A stretch of 64,000 nucleotides of DNA from Clostridia bacterium (GTDB lineage: Bacteria; Bacillota; DULZ01), in contig DULZ01000004.1 in the NCBI GenBank assembly GCA_012840125.1, forward strand, positions 29,036 to 93,035, in the 5' to 3' direction. The translations under genes and the position numbers were made by a program. Within the stretch, counting starts at the first letter, position 1. Each line of letters begins with the position of its first letter. The notes below the pieces were generated by a model, which was not told where the DNA came from, ran no database searches, and was given only the letters and a program-made list of their open reading frames with translations. Shown here piece by piece: positions 45,778 to 55,606 of this stretch.

Positions 45778-47055
45778 TTACGCCAAGTCGGCGTACAAGG
45801 GGAAGCGGGCACAGATGTCGGCGACTTTGGCACGGAGGTTTGCCTTTTCTTGCTCATAAGCCTCCGATAAGGTAACGTCGATGATAGCCGCAATCTCTGC
45901 CATTTCCTTTTCCTTGAAGCCGCGGGTGGTGCAAGCCGGTGTACCGATGCGGATACCGCTAGTGACAAACGGGGATTCGGGATCGAAAGGAATGGCATTC
46001 TTGTTAACGGTAATGCCGATATCGTCAAGACGATGCTCTGCTTCTTTCCCCGTCACCCGCCGAGAGCGTACATCCACCAGCATCAGGTGGTTATCCGTGC
46101 CGCCGGAAACCAGGTTAAGGCCTTTGTTCATTAAGTTCTCCGCCAGGGCTTTGGCATTCTTCACCACTTGCTCCATATAAGTCTTGAACTCAGGACTTAA
46201 CGCTTCTTTAAAAGCAACGGCTTTCGCCGCGATTACGTGCATTAAGGGGCCTCCCTGCAGTCCGGGGAAAATCGCCTTGTCAATAGCCTTGGCATGTTCC
46301 TCTTTGCAAAGGATGAGGCCACCCCTGGGTCCCCGCAAGGTTTTGTGGGTGGTGGAAGTCACAAAATCCGCATAAGGAACCGGGTTGGGATGCAGCCCGG
46401 TCGCCACCAAACCGGCGATGTGGGCCATATCCACCATGAACAAAGCGCCAACTTCGTCGGCAATCTCCCGGAAGATCTTGAAATCGATTACTCTCGGATA
46501 GGCACTGGCCCCGGCCACAATGAGCTTGGGACGATGCTTTTTGGCTTGCTCCCGCACCATATCGTAATTGATGGTTTGCGTTTTTTCGTCTACCCCGTAA
46601 GCGACAAAGTTATAATAGAGACCGGAAATATTCACGGGGCTGCCATGGGTTAGGTGACCGCCATGGGCTAAGTTCATCCCCAGCACTGTATCGCCGGGCT
46701 TCAGCACTGCCAAGTAAACGCCGGTGTTGGCGTTGGCACCGGAATGGGGCTGCACGTTGGCATGGTCGGCACCAAACAGCTGCTTGGCTCTTTCCCTGGC
46801 CAGGTCTTCCGCGATATCGACAAACTCACAGCCGCCGTAATACCGCTTACCGGGATAACCTTCGGCATATTTGTTCGTCAACACGGAACCTTGAGCTTCC
46901 ATCACGGCTGGAGAAACAAAGTTTTCCGACGCAATCAGCTCGATCTTGTCATTTTGCCTTTTCCTTTCCTGTTCCAGAACCTTGGCGATTTCCGGATCCA
47001 CTTGCATCAGGTGTTTCACTTTTGTAGCCTCCTTGTCAATAAAGTCCTTATTCAT
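45778..47055 (-). CDS. glyA: serine hydroxymethyltransferase
   Basis: [12 protein letters not shown]...[18 protein letters not shown]...HLTHG plus the PLP-binding region. Unmistakable SHMT. Confidence 0.9.
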   Translation of the reverse strand: MNKDFIDKEATKVKHLMQVDPEIAKVLEQERKRQNDKIELIASENFVSPAVMEAQGSVLTNKYAEGYPGKRYYGGCEFVDIAEDLARERAKQLFGADHANVQPHSGANANTGVYLAVLKPGDTVLGMNLAHGGHLTHGSPVNISGLYYNFVAYGVDEKTQTINYDMVREQAKKHRPKLIVAGASAYPRVIDFKIFREIADEVGALFMVDMAHIAGLVATGLHPNPVPYADFVTSTTHKTLRGPRGGLILCKEEHAKAIDKAIFPGLQGGPLMHVIAAKAVAFKEALSPEFKTYMEQVVKNAKALAENLMNKGLNLVSGGTDNHLMLVDVRSRRVTGKEAEHRLDDIGITVNKNAIPFDPESPFVTSGIRIGTPACTTRGFKEKEMAEIAAIIDVTLSEAYEQEKANLRAKVADICARFPLYADLA

Positions 47056-47142
47056 TTATTTTAGTATTCACCGTAATTTAATTTAGATCACTATCATTAA
47101 ATGGTATTCAACAAAAAAGTTAGTTTTCCTGTTAGAATTTTA

Positions 47143-48165
47143 TCATTTGTTTATTTTTTTCCCTTTACGGCGATGCCAGATGATTTCCGCCAAGATGCTG
47201 ACCGCTATTTCGGCCGGAGTTTCGCCTCCGATATCCAATCCGATGGGCGTCTTCACTTTGTTCAGGTCCTCCCGTGCATAGCCTTCCTCTTCCAGCTGAT
47301 CGAACAGTAACCTGGTCCGGCGGCGGCTGCCAATCAAACCTATATAAGCCGCCGGGGAAGTGATCACTTGGCGCAAGCACTCGGCATCATAGCGGTGCCC
47401 CCTGGTGACAATGACTACATAAGTGGAGCCGGTAATAGGATACTCCCTTAAAGCCTGGGCAAAACTGCTGCAGATCACCTGGGCCCGGGGGAAAAGCCTG
47501 GTGTTGGCAAAGTCCGGCCGGTCATCCACCACGGCAATTTCAAAATCCAAGTAAGCTGCCATGGCCGCCAGGGCCTGAGCAATATACCCTCCTCCCAGAA
47601 TTAAGAGAGTATGCGGCGGGACAATAGGCTGGATAAAGAGCCGGTTACCGTTAGGCGCCTCTACCAATTGCGGTTCATCCAGCAGCCAGTCAGGCTGCAA
47701 CCGGTCCAGTACCGGTGTCCCCCCCAGGTACGAGCCGGCAGCATCGTACACGGCTCTTTTCCCTAACAAACCCGGATCTCCTTGTACCACCAGACATGAA
47801 TAGACTGTCTCATTTTTCTCCTGGCAAGCTGCCATTAAACGAAACGGTTCCGGGTCCGGCACCGGTTCAATCACCACATCCATCATGCCGCCGCAAACCA
47901 TGCCTTCATCGGCGGCAATATCTGCAGTCATATCCACCTGATGGATCTTCATACGGCCCTGGTCCATAGCCATCAAGGCTGCCTTCTTGACCTCCGCTTC
48001 CCCACACCCGCCGCCAATGGTCCCCACGGTTCTGCCGTCGGCAAAAACCAAGAAGGAGACTCCTTTTTGCCGCGGGGTTGAGCCCTTAGTACCGATGATG
48101 GTGGCTAACGCGACTTTTTCCCCCGTCGTCATGCTTGTTAATACCTGGAGAATTTCCTTGTCCAT
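47143..48165 (-). CDS. XdhC/CoxI-family molybdenum-cofactor insertion/maturation protein (YqeB-like)
   Basis: XdhC_CoxI N-domain (ATIIGTKGSTPRQKG...GGGCGE) plus the XdhC Rossmann domain (LLILGGGYIAQALAAMA...VVDDRPDF). Start MDKEIL at 48165 is chosen to avoid a 110-nt overlap with the upstream gene. Confidence 0.65.
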   Translation of the reverse strand: MDKEILQVLTSMTTGEKVALATIIGTKGSTPRQKGVSFLVFADGRTVGTIGGGCGEAEVKKAALMAMDQGRMKIHQVDMTADIAADEGMVCGGMMDVVIEPVPDPEPFRLMAACQEKNETVYSCLVVQGDPGLLGKRAVYDAAGSYLGGTPVLDRLQPDWLLDEPQLVEAPNGNRLFIQPIVPPHTLLILGGGYIAQALAAMAAYLDFEIAVVDDRPDFANTRLFPRAQVICSSFAQALREYPITGSTYVVIVTRGHRYDAECLRQVITSPAAYIGLIGSRRRTRLLFDQLEEEGYAREDLNKVKTPIGLDIGGETPAEIAVSILAEIIWHRRKGKKINK

Positions 48166-48175
48166 AGTATCCTCC

Positions 48176-48976
48176 TTACCTTTTGCTGGCAAGATGCCCC
48201 AGAATCCCTTCCAGGACTCCACCGCCGATAGCCAAAGCTTTTTCCGAAACCGTAAAACAGTATTCCACTCTTCCCCTGGGGTCCACATCTCCTACTTTCA
48301 TGCCCCGGTGCACCGCTAAACCGCTGCGCAGGATACCCCGCAGCACACCGCTGATCCCGGCACGCACCGGTTCGCCGCCGGCTAAGGCCACCACTTCACC
48401 CTCATGCACCAGATCACCGATTTCCCGCACCGCTTCAAAGACCCCGTCCCCAGTTGCTCTTAGCACGCGCTCCGCGCCATAACCTGCAATGGATCCCGGC
48501 ACCCCGGTATTCGGGAGAGCGCTGCCTTGGCGGATGACCCGGCCTAAATAATGGCCCCGCATGGTCTCAATGACCAGGTCCACGTCTTCCCCGGCGGTAA
48601 AGCCAGGCCCACAGCCGATCACCAGGGGAGCTTGTCCCCTGAAAGTACCCAGGTTTTTCTTGGCCAAAGTGGCATCTACAATCACTTCCGGCGCCAATTC
48701 CCGGCAGCAACCGGCTTGCGGGTCCACCAGCACGGGGATCAAGCCGTCCTCCAATAGTTTTTTCGCCTCCAGACTGTCCCCGGCGAGGCAGGCCTTAACT
48801 CCTTCGACCTCCGTTGTTCCTTCGTAAACCGCCTCGGCGAAAGCTACTTTACGGCGGATGACCGTCGGTTGGGGGATCTCGGTCATCACCACCTTAAAGC
48901 CGCTCCGCCATAATCTTAAACCGATGCCGCTGGCAATATCTCCTGCACCTTTAATCAAGACCAACATCTGCCACAT
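48176..48976 (-). CDS. Rossmann-like accessory protein of selenium-dependent molybdenum hydroxylase gene neighbourhoods (EF2563/YqeB-like), function unknown
   Basis: N-terminal MLVLIKGAGDIASGIGLRLW is a GxGxxG-like fold. Sits among the xdhC-like, mocA-like and yqeC-like genes. The family assignment comes from context and weak recall. Confidence 0.4.
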   Translation of the reverse strand: MWQMLVLIKGAGDIASGIGLRLWRSGFKVVMTEIPQPTVIRRKVAFAEAVYEGTTEVEGVKACLAGDSLEAKKLLEDGLIPVLVDPQAGCCRELAPEVIVDATLAKKNLGTFRGQAPLVIGCGPGFTAGEDVDLVIETMRGHYLGRVIRQGSALPNTGVPGSIAGYGAERVLRATGDGVFEAVREIGDLVHEGEVVALAGGEPVRAGISGVLRGILRSGLAVHRGMKVGDVDPRGRVEYCFTVSEKALAIGGGVLEGILGHLASKR

Positions 48977-49562
48977 CCTCCTCTTCCGGTCGAAGCTTTT
49001 CGTACGCCTCCGGTTCATCTACATCAATTAGTATGCCTGGATCCTCCACCGGTAAATAGCACACTAGATGGGGGTTATCTCTGATCACCTGCCTGGCGCC
49101 CACATCAGCCGAAACATTCAACAACCGGGGGAAGAGTTCCTTCGCCATCAACACAGGATGACCGGATCTTCCCTGAAAAGTCGGCACAATAATGGAGGAC
49201 CGCCGCTCATAAAAGACCCTGGTGATGTGCCGGACGGTTTCAGTCTTGATCAGGGGCATGTCTCCCAGGGCAAGTAAAACCGCTTCCGCCTCCTCCGGCA
49301 GTGCCTGTACGCCGGCTTTGAGGGAAGAGCTCATTCCCTGGCCGTAAGCTTTATTCTCCACCCAAATAACATCTAAACCGGCCAGTTGGGCCATAATTCG
49401 TTCCTTGGCGTGCCCAACCACTACCAAGACAGGTCCGGCTCCGGCCTGCCGGTAGATACTTATCGTTTGGCCTAACAGCACATTCCTGCCCCAGGGCAGG
49501 AGTTGCTTCAGCCTCCCCATTCGTTCACCTCGTCCGGCCGCCAGGATGAGGGTGGCTATCAT
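48951..49562 (-). CDS. MobA/MocA-like molybdenum cofactor nucleotidyltransferase (likely cytidylyltransferase)
   Basis: ILAAGRGERMG..LKQLLPW...LGDMPLI is a MobA-like NTP-transferase signature. Confidence 0.7.
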   Translation of the reverse strand: MIATLILAAGRGERMGRLKQLLPWGRNVLLGQTISIYRQAGAGPVLVVVGHAKERIMAQLAGLDVIWVENKAYGQGMSSSLKAGVQALPEEAEAVLLALGDMPLIKTETVRHITRVFYERRSSIIVPTFQGRSGHPVLMAKELFPRLLNVSADVGARQVIRDNPHLVCYLPVEDPGILIDVDEPEAYEKLRPEEEDVADVGLD

Positions 49563-50356
49563 ACGATCACCTCATTGACGGGCGGTTCCTGGCTGACATT
49601 GGCCAGCAGCACCTTTTTGATGCCCCTTGCCCTGAGCTGCCGGGCAAAGCGCCTGGCGTTTTCCCCATTAGCGCCGTTCACCCCGTTGATGATGACGACC
49701 ATCTCCGCTCCCTCCGGCAGGGATTTGGGATAACTGTCAGGATGCAATAGGGCCTTTGCCGCCACTTCCGCTGTTAACGGGCTGCCTAAACTGACCCCGG
49801 CGAATTCCGCCACCAGCTGGGCCCGGTGGATGTATTCCGGCAGCACCGGCAACCCGAAAGCCCAAGCACCCACAATCACAATCACTAGTTCCGTAGAAGA
49901 GGGTACCACCGGCTCATGGGATGCGGGCACTTTAAAAGGCTTTTTCGCCGATCCGTCCGCCTCCACCAGCACATGCTTGTGGGGAAATCGCCGGTGTACC
50001 AGATCTATCTCTTGGGGGCGAACCCCCTTCAACTTCCCCGCATCAATTTCCGCCCCCAAGAGCAGCAAATCGCAGTTGGGTAACCCTGGTTTCTCTAACC
50101 ACTCCCCTTCCGGCAAATTGCGGAGCAACAGCCGGTGGGCAAAGGACAAACCTTCACTGGCGGCCAACCTGGTGGTGGTGGTGACAATGACCTCCCGGTG
50201 CACGGCATTGAATTCCCCGGCCAGGCGTTTAATGGTGGAAGTCTTACCCCCGCCACCTACCACACTGATAACTTTCGCCTCCCTGCCTTCTATGGCATCA
50301 AGCAAGAAACCTTTTTGCTGCCCTGCATGAATCACTGCCAATCCACTCCTTTGCAT
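49559..50356 (-). CDS. YqeC-like P-loop protein (putative selenium-dependent hydroxylase accessory protein)
   Basis: VISVVGGGGKTSTIKRLA is a P-loop, with a conserved DG...D downstream. Typical gene context with xdhC/mocA. Start MQRSG at 50356 is preferred. Confidence 0.5.
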   Translation of the reverse strand: MQRSGLAVIHAGQQKGFLLDAIEGREAKVISVVGGGGKTSTIKRLAGEFNAVHREVIVTTTTRLAASEGLSFAHRLLLRNLPEGEWLEKPGLPNCDLLLLGAEIDAGKLKGVRPQEIDLVHRRFPHKHVLVEADGSAKKPFKVPASHEPVVPSSTELVIVIVGAWAFGLPVLPEYIHRAQLVAEFAGVSLGSPLTAEVAAKALLHPDSYPKSLPEGAEMVVIINGVNGANGENARRFARQLRARGIKKVLLANVSQEPPVNEVIV

Positions 50357-50369
50357 GGGTGCCGGCCGG

Positions 50370-51254
50370 TTAAGAAAAATCTCCGAGATTGAGCTCCTTT
50401 TCCAATTGACGGGCACAAGGGGTATTAGCCAGGCCGCCTCGGGCCGTTTCTTTTAAACTCACGGGTAGGGATAAGCCCACTTCCCGCATGGCAGAGATAG
50501 CATCATCAATGGGAATGACGCTTTTAATACCGGCCAGCGCCATATCAACGGCAATCAAAGCATTGGCAGTACCCATGGCATTTCTTTTAATACAAGGCAC
50601 TTCCACCAAACCGGCCACCGGATCACAAACCAAACCTAACACATTTTTCAAAGCAATGGCGCCGGCATGGCCGGCTTGTTCCGGATCACCGCCGGCCAGT
50701 TCCACACCGGCGACAGCGGCCATACAGGAAGCCGTGCCTACTTCCGCCTGGCACCCGCCGGCTGCACCGGAAATAAAGGCTTTCGCCCCGACCACCGTAC
50801 CAACCCCGGCGGCGGTGAACAAGGCAGCCACAATGTCTTCCCGGCTTTTGCCCAGCTGTTTCCCAATGGTATACAATACAGCCGGCAAGACCCCGCAGGA
50901 CCCGGCGGTGGGAGCCGCCACAATCTTGCCCATAGCAGCGTTGACTTCGGCTACGGCGATGGCCCTGGCCACGGCGTCCATCACCGGTATCCCGGAGACA
51001 TATTTTGATTTGTCCTTCACATGAAACAGTTTATAAGCATCTCCACCCGTCAGCCCGCTCTTGGAACGAACCTGTTCATGCAGGCCCCGTTCCATGGCCG
51101 CCACCATGACCGACCAATGGGAATCCATCTGTTGGCAAATATCATCCCGGCTTCGACCCGTCTCCTCCATTTCCGCTTCTATGACAATGGTGGAAATCTT
51201 TGCTCCCCTGCTTTTGGCTTGTTCGATGATTTCTTTAACTGAAGCTAGATGCAC
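50370..51254 (-). CDS. sdaAA: L-serine dehydratase, iron-sulfur-dependent, alpha subunit
   Basis: ...AAPTAGSCGVLPAVL...GGCQAEVGTASCMAA...LVCDPVAGLVEVPCIKRN is the SdaA alpha-chain pattern with Cys ligands. Confidence 0.85.
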   Translation of the reverse strand: MHLASVKEIIEQAKSRGAKISTIVIEAEMEETGRSRDDICQQMDSHWSVMVAAMERGLHEQVRSKSGLTGGDAYKLFHVKDKSKYVSGIPVMDAVARAIAVAEVNAAMGKIVAAPTAGSCGVLPAVLYTIGKQLGKSREDIVAALFTAAGVGTVVGAKAFISGAAGGCQAEVGTASCMAAVAGVELAGGDPEQAGHAGAIALKNVLGLVCDPVAGLVEVPCIKRNAMGTANALIAVDMALAGIKSVIPIDDAISAMREVGLSLPVSLKETARGGLANTPCARQLEKELNLGDFS

Positions 51255-51266
51255 CCCAGCACCTCC

Positions 51267-51935
51267 TTAATCTTTCACGGGTTTCAGGATAAAGGCCTGT
51301 TCAATCTCTTCTAAATTGCGGATGGCCGTTACCACATCGGGAGGAATGGGCATATCGGTCTCGACCACCATGAGGGTTTGCCCACCTTTCCCCTCCCGGG
51401 AAACCTTCATCTGGGCGATATTAATCTTATTGTCCGCCAGCAATTGGGATACTTTAGCGATCATGCCCAACTGGTCCTTGTAGATGGCACATACTGTGTA
51501 ATACTCACCGGTCAGCTTCACTTTAAAATTATTAATCTGAGTGACCAGGATGTTGCCCCCGCCAACGGAGGAACCGATTATGGTCCGCTCCCGCCCGGTC
51601 TTATCCTTTACCACTATTTTAACTGAATTGGGATGAGCTATCCCCAAATCCGTGGTACCGATGGAAATTTTCACTCCTCTTTGGGCGGCGATTTCCATCG
51701 CGTGCACAATATGCTCATCATCGGTTTTCATCCCCAAGATGCCGGCCACTAGGGCTAAATCGGTCCCGTGCCCTCTACCGGTCTGGGCAAAGGAACCATG
51801 CAAGTAGATCTCTGCCTCTACCGGCGGTGCATTTAAAACGGCCACCGCCATCCGGCCCAGCCGCACCGCGCCTGCAGTGTGGGAGCTGGATGGACCGATC
51901 ATCACGGGTCCCACAATGTCAAATACGCCTAGCAA
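51267..51935 (-). CDS. sdaAB: L-serine dehydratase, iron-sulfur-dependent, beta subunit (with ACT-like domain)
   Basis: GVFDIVGPVMIGPSSSHTAGAVRLG is the beta-chain signature. TTG start at 51935 after GGAGGAAGGTG; the longer ORF in the track over-extends. Confidence 0.8.
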   Translation of the reverse strand: MLGVFDIVGPVMIGPSSSHTAGAVRLGRMAVAVLNAPPVEAEIYLHGSFAQTGRGHGTDLALVAGILGMKTDDEHIVHAMEIAAQRGVKISIGTTDLGIAHPNSVKIVVKDKTGRERTIIGSSVGGGNILVTQINNFKVKLTGEYYTVCAIYKDQLGMIAKVSQLLADNKINIAQMKVSREGKGGQTLMVVETDMPIPPDVVTAIRNLEEIEQAFILKPVKD

Positions 51936-52022
51936 TTTCTTCACCTTCCTCCAATATACAGACAACACGAAGCGGCGAATCCAATATCCATTGAACCGCC
52001 GCCTCTTCAAGAACATCAACAA

Positions 52023-53387
52023 CTATTTACGCATTTCTTCAATTTTCTTGTTGTATTCGAAGATCTTGTTGTATTCTTCATCCCAGAAAGCTTGGTCCCG
52101 CATGGAATCGATGTATTCCTTGCTGTAACCAAAGGGCAGCCAATCCATTTCTTTTTGCTTGAAGAGTTGTTCCTTGGCCTTCTTCGACCGGAAATCGTAG
52201 ATATGCTGCTCGCCCATGCCCAGGAAGATATCCTTAAACCAGCGCTCCAAGACGAATTCCTCCGTCTCCAGGTAGCGACGCTCCAGGTCTTCCAGCACAG
52301 AATTGTAACGGTCGAAACTGTCGGTGGCGATGGTGACCACGTTGTCATCGGGACCGAGGCGCAGGTATTTAGCCATCTTAATGGCTCCCAAAATGTTGCA
52401 CAGCCCTGACACACCGAACAGCTCCCTCATGCTTTCCGCCACGTCGCGATCCACGCCAAATTTCACCAGGGTATCCGGGCTGTCATGGATGATCTTCAAT
52501 CCCTTGACGCAATCATCGTCATGGATTAAAGCCACAAAGTCAGTGTTGAGGACGTTATGGATCAGGGTGCACATCTTGTCCCCAATCCCTTCAATCCGGT
52601 GCTGGCCGCGGCCGCCAAAGGCCAAAGTAGCACATTCATAGGGCTCCAGGGCCACTACTTTACACTCGGGGAAAGCTTTCTTGATTTCGTCCCCGGCACC
52701 GATGGTTCCGGCCGAACCGGGAGCCGACACGAAGCAAGCAATCCGCCCGTTGCCGACGCCCTGCACCGCTTCGATGGCGGAATTACCTGTTACATAACGG
52801 TGGAAACGATAGTTGGGCATCAATTCAAATTGAGCCAGGGCTCTGTTTTTCGGGTCCTTGGCCAATTCATGGGTTCTCTGCAAGGTCAGGATCACATCGG
52901 ATTCCGTACCCGGTGTCAAATCTAGTTCCGCACCGTATCTCTTGATCCGCTCATATCTTTCTTTACTCATGTTATCCGGCATGATCACAACGGCTTTATA
53001 ACCCATTAAGTTACAGATATAAGCGGTACCGATGCCGAAGTTGCCTGTGGAAGGACCTAAAATGGTATGTTCGCCCGGAATAATGGTACCGTCAACACAG
53101 CCCTCGATCAAGGTGGCATAGGCGGGACCTACTTTGTGGGAACCGGAAGGAAAATCCCTACCCAGTAGCACCACGATGTTGGCCTCAACACCGGTCATTT
53201 CCTTAGGCAAAACTATTTTTCTTACCTGATTGTTTTCATCTTTCCAAGTAATATTGAACAGGTTAATCGGATCAAACTCATCTTCCTTTAAGGCCTTCAA
53301 GGCTTTCTGCCTGACACTCGGATCAATCTTTTCCGGGTGCAGCATCTCCTCATAAGTTGGACCAAATGGAATTTTTTTGCTACTCAT
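52023..53387 (-). CDS. PLP-dependent fold-type-II enzyme (tryptophan-synthase-beta/cysteine-synthase superfamily), OrtB-like; substrate unknown
   Basis: SGSHKVGPAYA (PLP-Lys region) and GPSTGNFGIGTAYIC (Gly-rich loop), with a long C-terminal extension (~150 aa). Start MSSKK at 53387 after AAAGGGG. Confidence 0.5.
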   Translation of the reverse strand: MSSKKIPFGPTYEEMLHPEKIDPSVRQKALKALKEDEFDPINLFNITWKDENNQVRKIVLPKEMTGVEANIVVLLGRDFPSGSHKVGPAYATLIEGCVDGTIIPGEHTILGPSTGNFGIGTAYICNLMGYKAVVIMPDNMSKERYERIKRYGAELDLTPGTESDVILTLQRTHELAKDPKNRALAQFELMPNYRFHRYVTGNSAIEAVQGVGNGRIACFVSAPGSAGTIGAGDEIKKAFPECKVVALEPYECATLAFGGRGQHRIEGIGDKMCTLIHNVLNTDFVALIHDDDCVKGLKIIHDSPDTLVKFGVDRDVAESMRELFGVSGLCNILGAIKMAKYLRLGPDDNVVTIATDSFDRYNSVLEDLERRYLETEEFVLERWFKDIFLGMGEQHIYDFRSKKAKEQLFKQKEMDWLPFGYSKEYIDSMRDQAFWDEEYNKIFEYNKKIEEMRK

Positions 53388-53463
53388 GCTTATACCCCTT
53401 TTCATATATAATTTTTGAGCATATTGACACTGCTTCAACTACCGGTGAAGCTGAGCAGACTCC

Positions 53464-54000
53464 TTAGAAGCGAGGCGGTGTAATGGCTGAAATAAAGATC
53501 AGGTCTTCCTCGCCGACACTGACTATTTTGTGCGGAATGGCCGCAAAATAATAAATGCTGTCGCCTTCCTCCAAGACATAAACTTCATCGCCGATGCTTA
53601 TTTCCATTTTTCCCTGTAACACATAAATACATTCCTCGCCGGGATGAGAAAGCGGCTCGTCGCAACTGACCGCTCCCACTTCCAGCCTGGCCATCATCAC
53701 TTCCATTTGCTTGTTAAGATCCGGAGAAAGAAGTTCGTAAACCAAATGAGATTCCGGAAACTTGAGGATTTTCCGCTCATTCTTCCTGACGACGGGACTG
53801 GTGCTGCCGTTGTCAAGTAGGAAATAAAAAATGGGCACTTCCAATGCATCAGCAATTTTCCGCAGGGACGTAATCGACGGTTCCGCCAAATCCCGTTCCA
53901 CCTGGCTAAGAAAACTGGCGGTCAAGTCAGTCTTCTCGGCCAGCTCCTTCAAACTCATGTTTTTCTCCATGCGCTTCTTGCGGATTTTCTGACCAAGCAT
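53464..54000 (-). CDS. XRE-family transcriptional regulator with C-terminal cupin domain
   Basis: N-terminal HTH (MSLKELAEKTDLTASFLSQVERDLAEPSITSLRKIADAL) and C-terminal cupin barrel (GEECIYVLQGKMEISIGDEVYVLEEGDSIYF). Confidence 0.75.
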   Translation of the reverse strand: MLGQKIRKKRMEKNMSLKELAEKTDLTASFLSQVERDLAEPSITSLRKIADALEVPIFYFLLDNGSTSPVVRKNERKILKFPESHLVYELLSPDLNKQMEVMMARLEVGAVSCDEPLSHPGEECIYVLQGKMEISIGDEVYVLEEGDSIYYFAAIPHKIVSVGEEDLIFISAITPPRF

Positions 54001-54160
54001 GATAGCCTCCCTTTACGAGTCCGGTAATTGCGCCAGGTACGCTGAAATGTGTCTTTAATAATCCACAAAAAATTTAATTCGACTTTAACACTTAAAATCC
54101 TTCTTCTAATTTATAAATTTTATACATGGAAAAAACCCGCTCAACGCGGGTTTGAAAAGG

Positions 54161-55606
54161 CTACAACTTTTTCCGCAGGATCTCGTTGACCAGTTTGGGA
54201 TTCGCCTGCCCTTTCGTGGCTTTCATGACCTGCCCCACTAGGAAGCCGAAAGCCTTGTCCTTACCGTTTTTGTAATCCTCCACTGACTTGGGATTCTCTG
54301 CCAGGACCTGATCCACAATGGCTTCCAACTGGCCGGTGTCACTGATCTGTTTCAGTCCCAGTTCTTCCACCAGGACCCGCGGGTCTTTCCCCGTATCAAA
54401 CATCTTTTCAAAAATATCTTTACCCATTTTGCCGCTGATCTCGCCGCTGTCGATCATGGTTAACAACTGGACCAGCTGCCCGGGGCTGATGGGGCATTCC
54501 TCCACTTCCAGGTTGCGGGCATTCAAGACTCTCAGCAGCTCAACCATGATCCAGTTGCTGACTTTCTTGGCATCCCGGTACTGGGCTACCGCCGCATCAA
54601 AGAAATCAGCCAGCTTTTTCGATGCCGTAATCACCCCGGCATCGTATTCCGGCAGTCCCAGTTCGGCCATCAAACGCTGCTTGCGGGCTTCCGGCAGTTC
54701 CGGTATCGTTTGCCGGATCTCCTCTATCCAGGCATCGTCAATCTGCAAAGGAGGAATATCATGTTCCGCAATCAGGCGGTAGTGGTCTGAACTGAATTTA
54801 GGCCGCATGGGTTCGGTAATGCCTTTTGCTTCATTCCAGGTCCGGGTCTCCTCTTCCACCCGGCCTCCCTCTTCCACCACCCGGATTTGCCGTTCAATCT
54901 CGTACCGGATGGACCTTTCAATGGCGCGGAGGGAGTTCATATTCTTCAGCTCGGTTCGGGTGCCGAATTCACTGGACCCCACCGGGCGGATGGATACGTT
55001 GGCGTCGCAGCGCAGGGAGCCTTCCTGCATCTTGCAATCGGACACTTCCAAATATTCCAGGATAGCCTTGAGTTTCGCCACAAATTCCCTGGCTTCTTCC
55101 GGAGACCTGATATCCGGCGCGGTCACGATTTCCAATAAGGGGACACCGGCCCGGTTAAAATCCACCAGGGTATTGTTGGCTTCCAGAATATTGTCGCCGC
55201 CGGCATGCACCAGTTTGCCGGCATCCTCCTCCATATGGGCAAAAGCAATGCGGACCCGCCTGGTACTGCCGTTCACTTCCACATCCAAATACCCGTTGCG
55301 GATGATGGGCAGGTAATACTGGGAGATTTGGATGTTTTTCGGCATGTCGGGGTAATAATAGTTTTTCCGGTCAAACCTGCATTCCTTGGTAATCTCGGCA
55401 TTCAAGGCCAGCCCGGTTTTGATGGCAAACTCCACCACCCGTTTGTTCAAGCGCGGCAGGGCGCCGGGCAGCCCCAAGCAGACAGGACAGACATGGGTGT
55501 TAGGGGCGCCCCCGAACTCAGTGGTACAGCCACAGAAAATCTTCGTCTTCGTCTTAAATTCCACGTGTACTTCCAACCCGATCACTGCTTCGTATTTGCC
55601 GAACAT
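54161..55606 (-). CDS. gatB: Asp-tRNA(Asn)/Glu-tRNA(Gln) amidotransferase subunit B
   Basis: [18 protein letters not shown]...[17 protein letters not shown] is the canonical GatB N-terminus. Confidence 0.9.
   Translation of the reverse strand: MFGKYEAVIGLEVHVEFKTKTKIFCGCTTEFGGAPNTHVCPVCLGLPGALPRLNKRVVEFAIKTGLALNAEITKECRFDRKNYYYPDMPKNIQISQYYLPIIRNGYLDVEVNGSTRRVRIAFAHMEEDAGKLVHAGGDNILEANNTLVDFNRAGVPLLEIVTAPDIRSPEEAREFVAKLKAILEYLEVSDCKMQEGSLRCDANVSIRPVGSSEFGTRTELKNMNSLRAIERSIRYEIERQIRVVEEGGRVEEETRTWNEAKGITEPMRPKFSSDHYRLIAEHDIPPLQIDDAWIEEIRQTIPELPEARKQRLMAELGLPEYDAGVITASKKLADFFDAAVAQYRDAKKVSNWIMVELLRVLNARNLEVEECPISPGQLVQLLTMIDSGEISGKMGKDIFEKMFDTGKDPRVLVEELGLKQISDTGQLEAIVDQVLAENPKSVEDYKNGKDKAFGFLVGQVMKATKGQANPKLVNEILRKKL

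Noticed and set aside
50738-51242. Short ORFs overlapping sdaAA on both strands
   Set aside because: They are embedded in a well-supported CDS.
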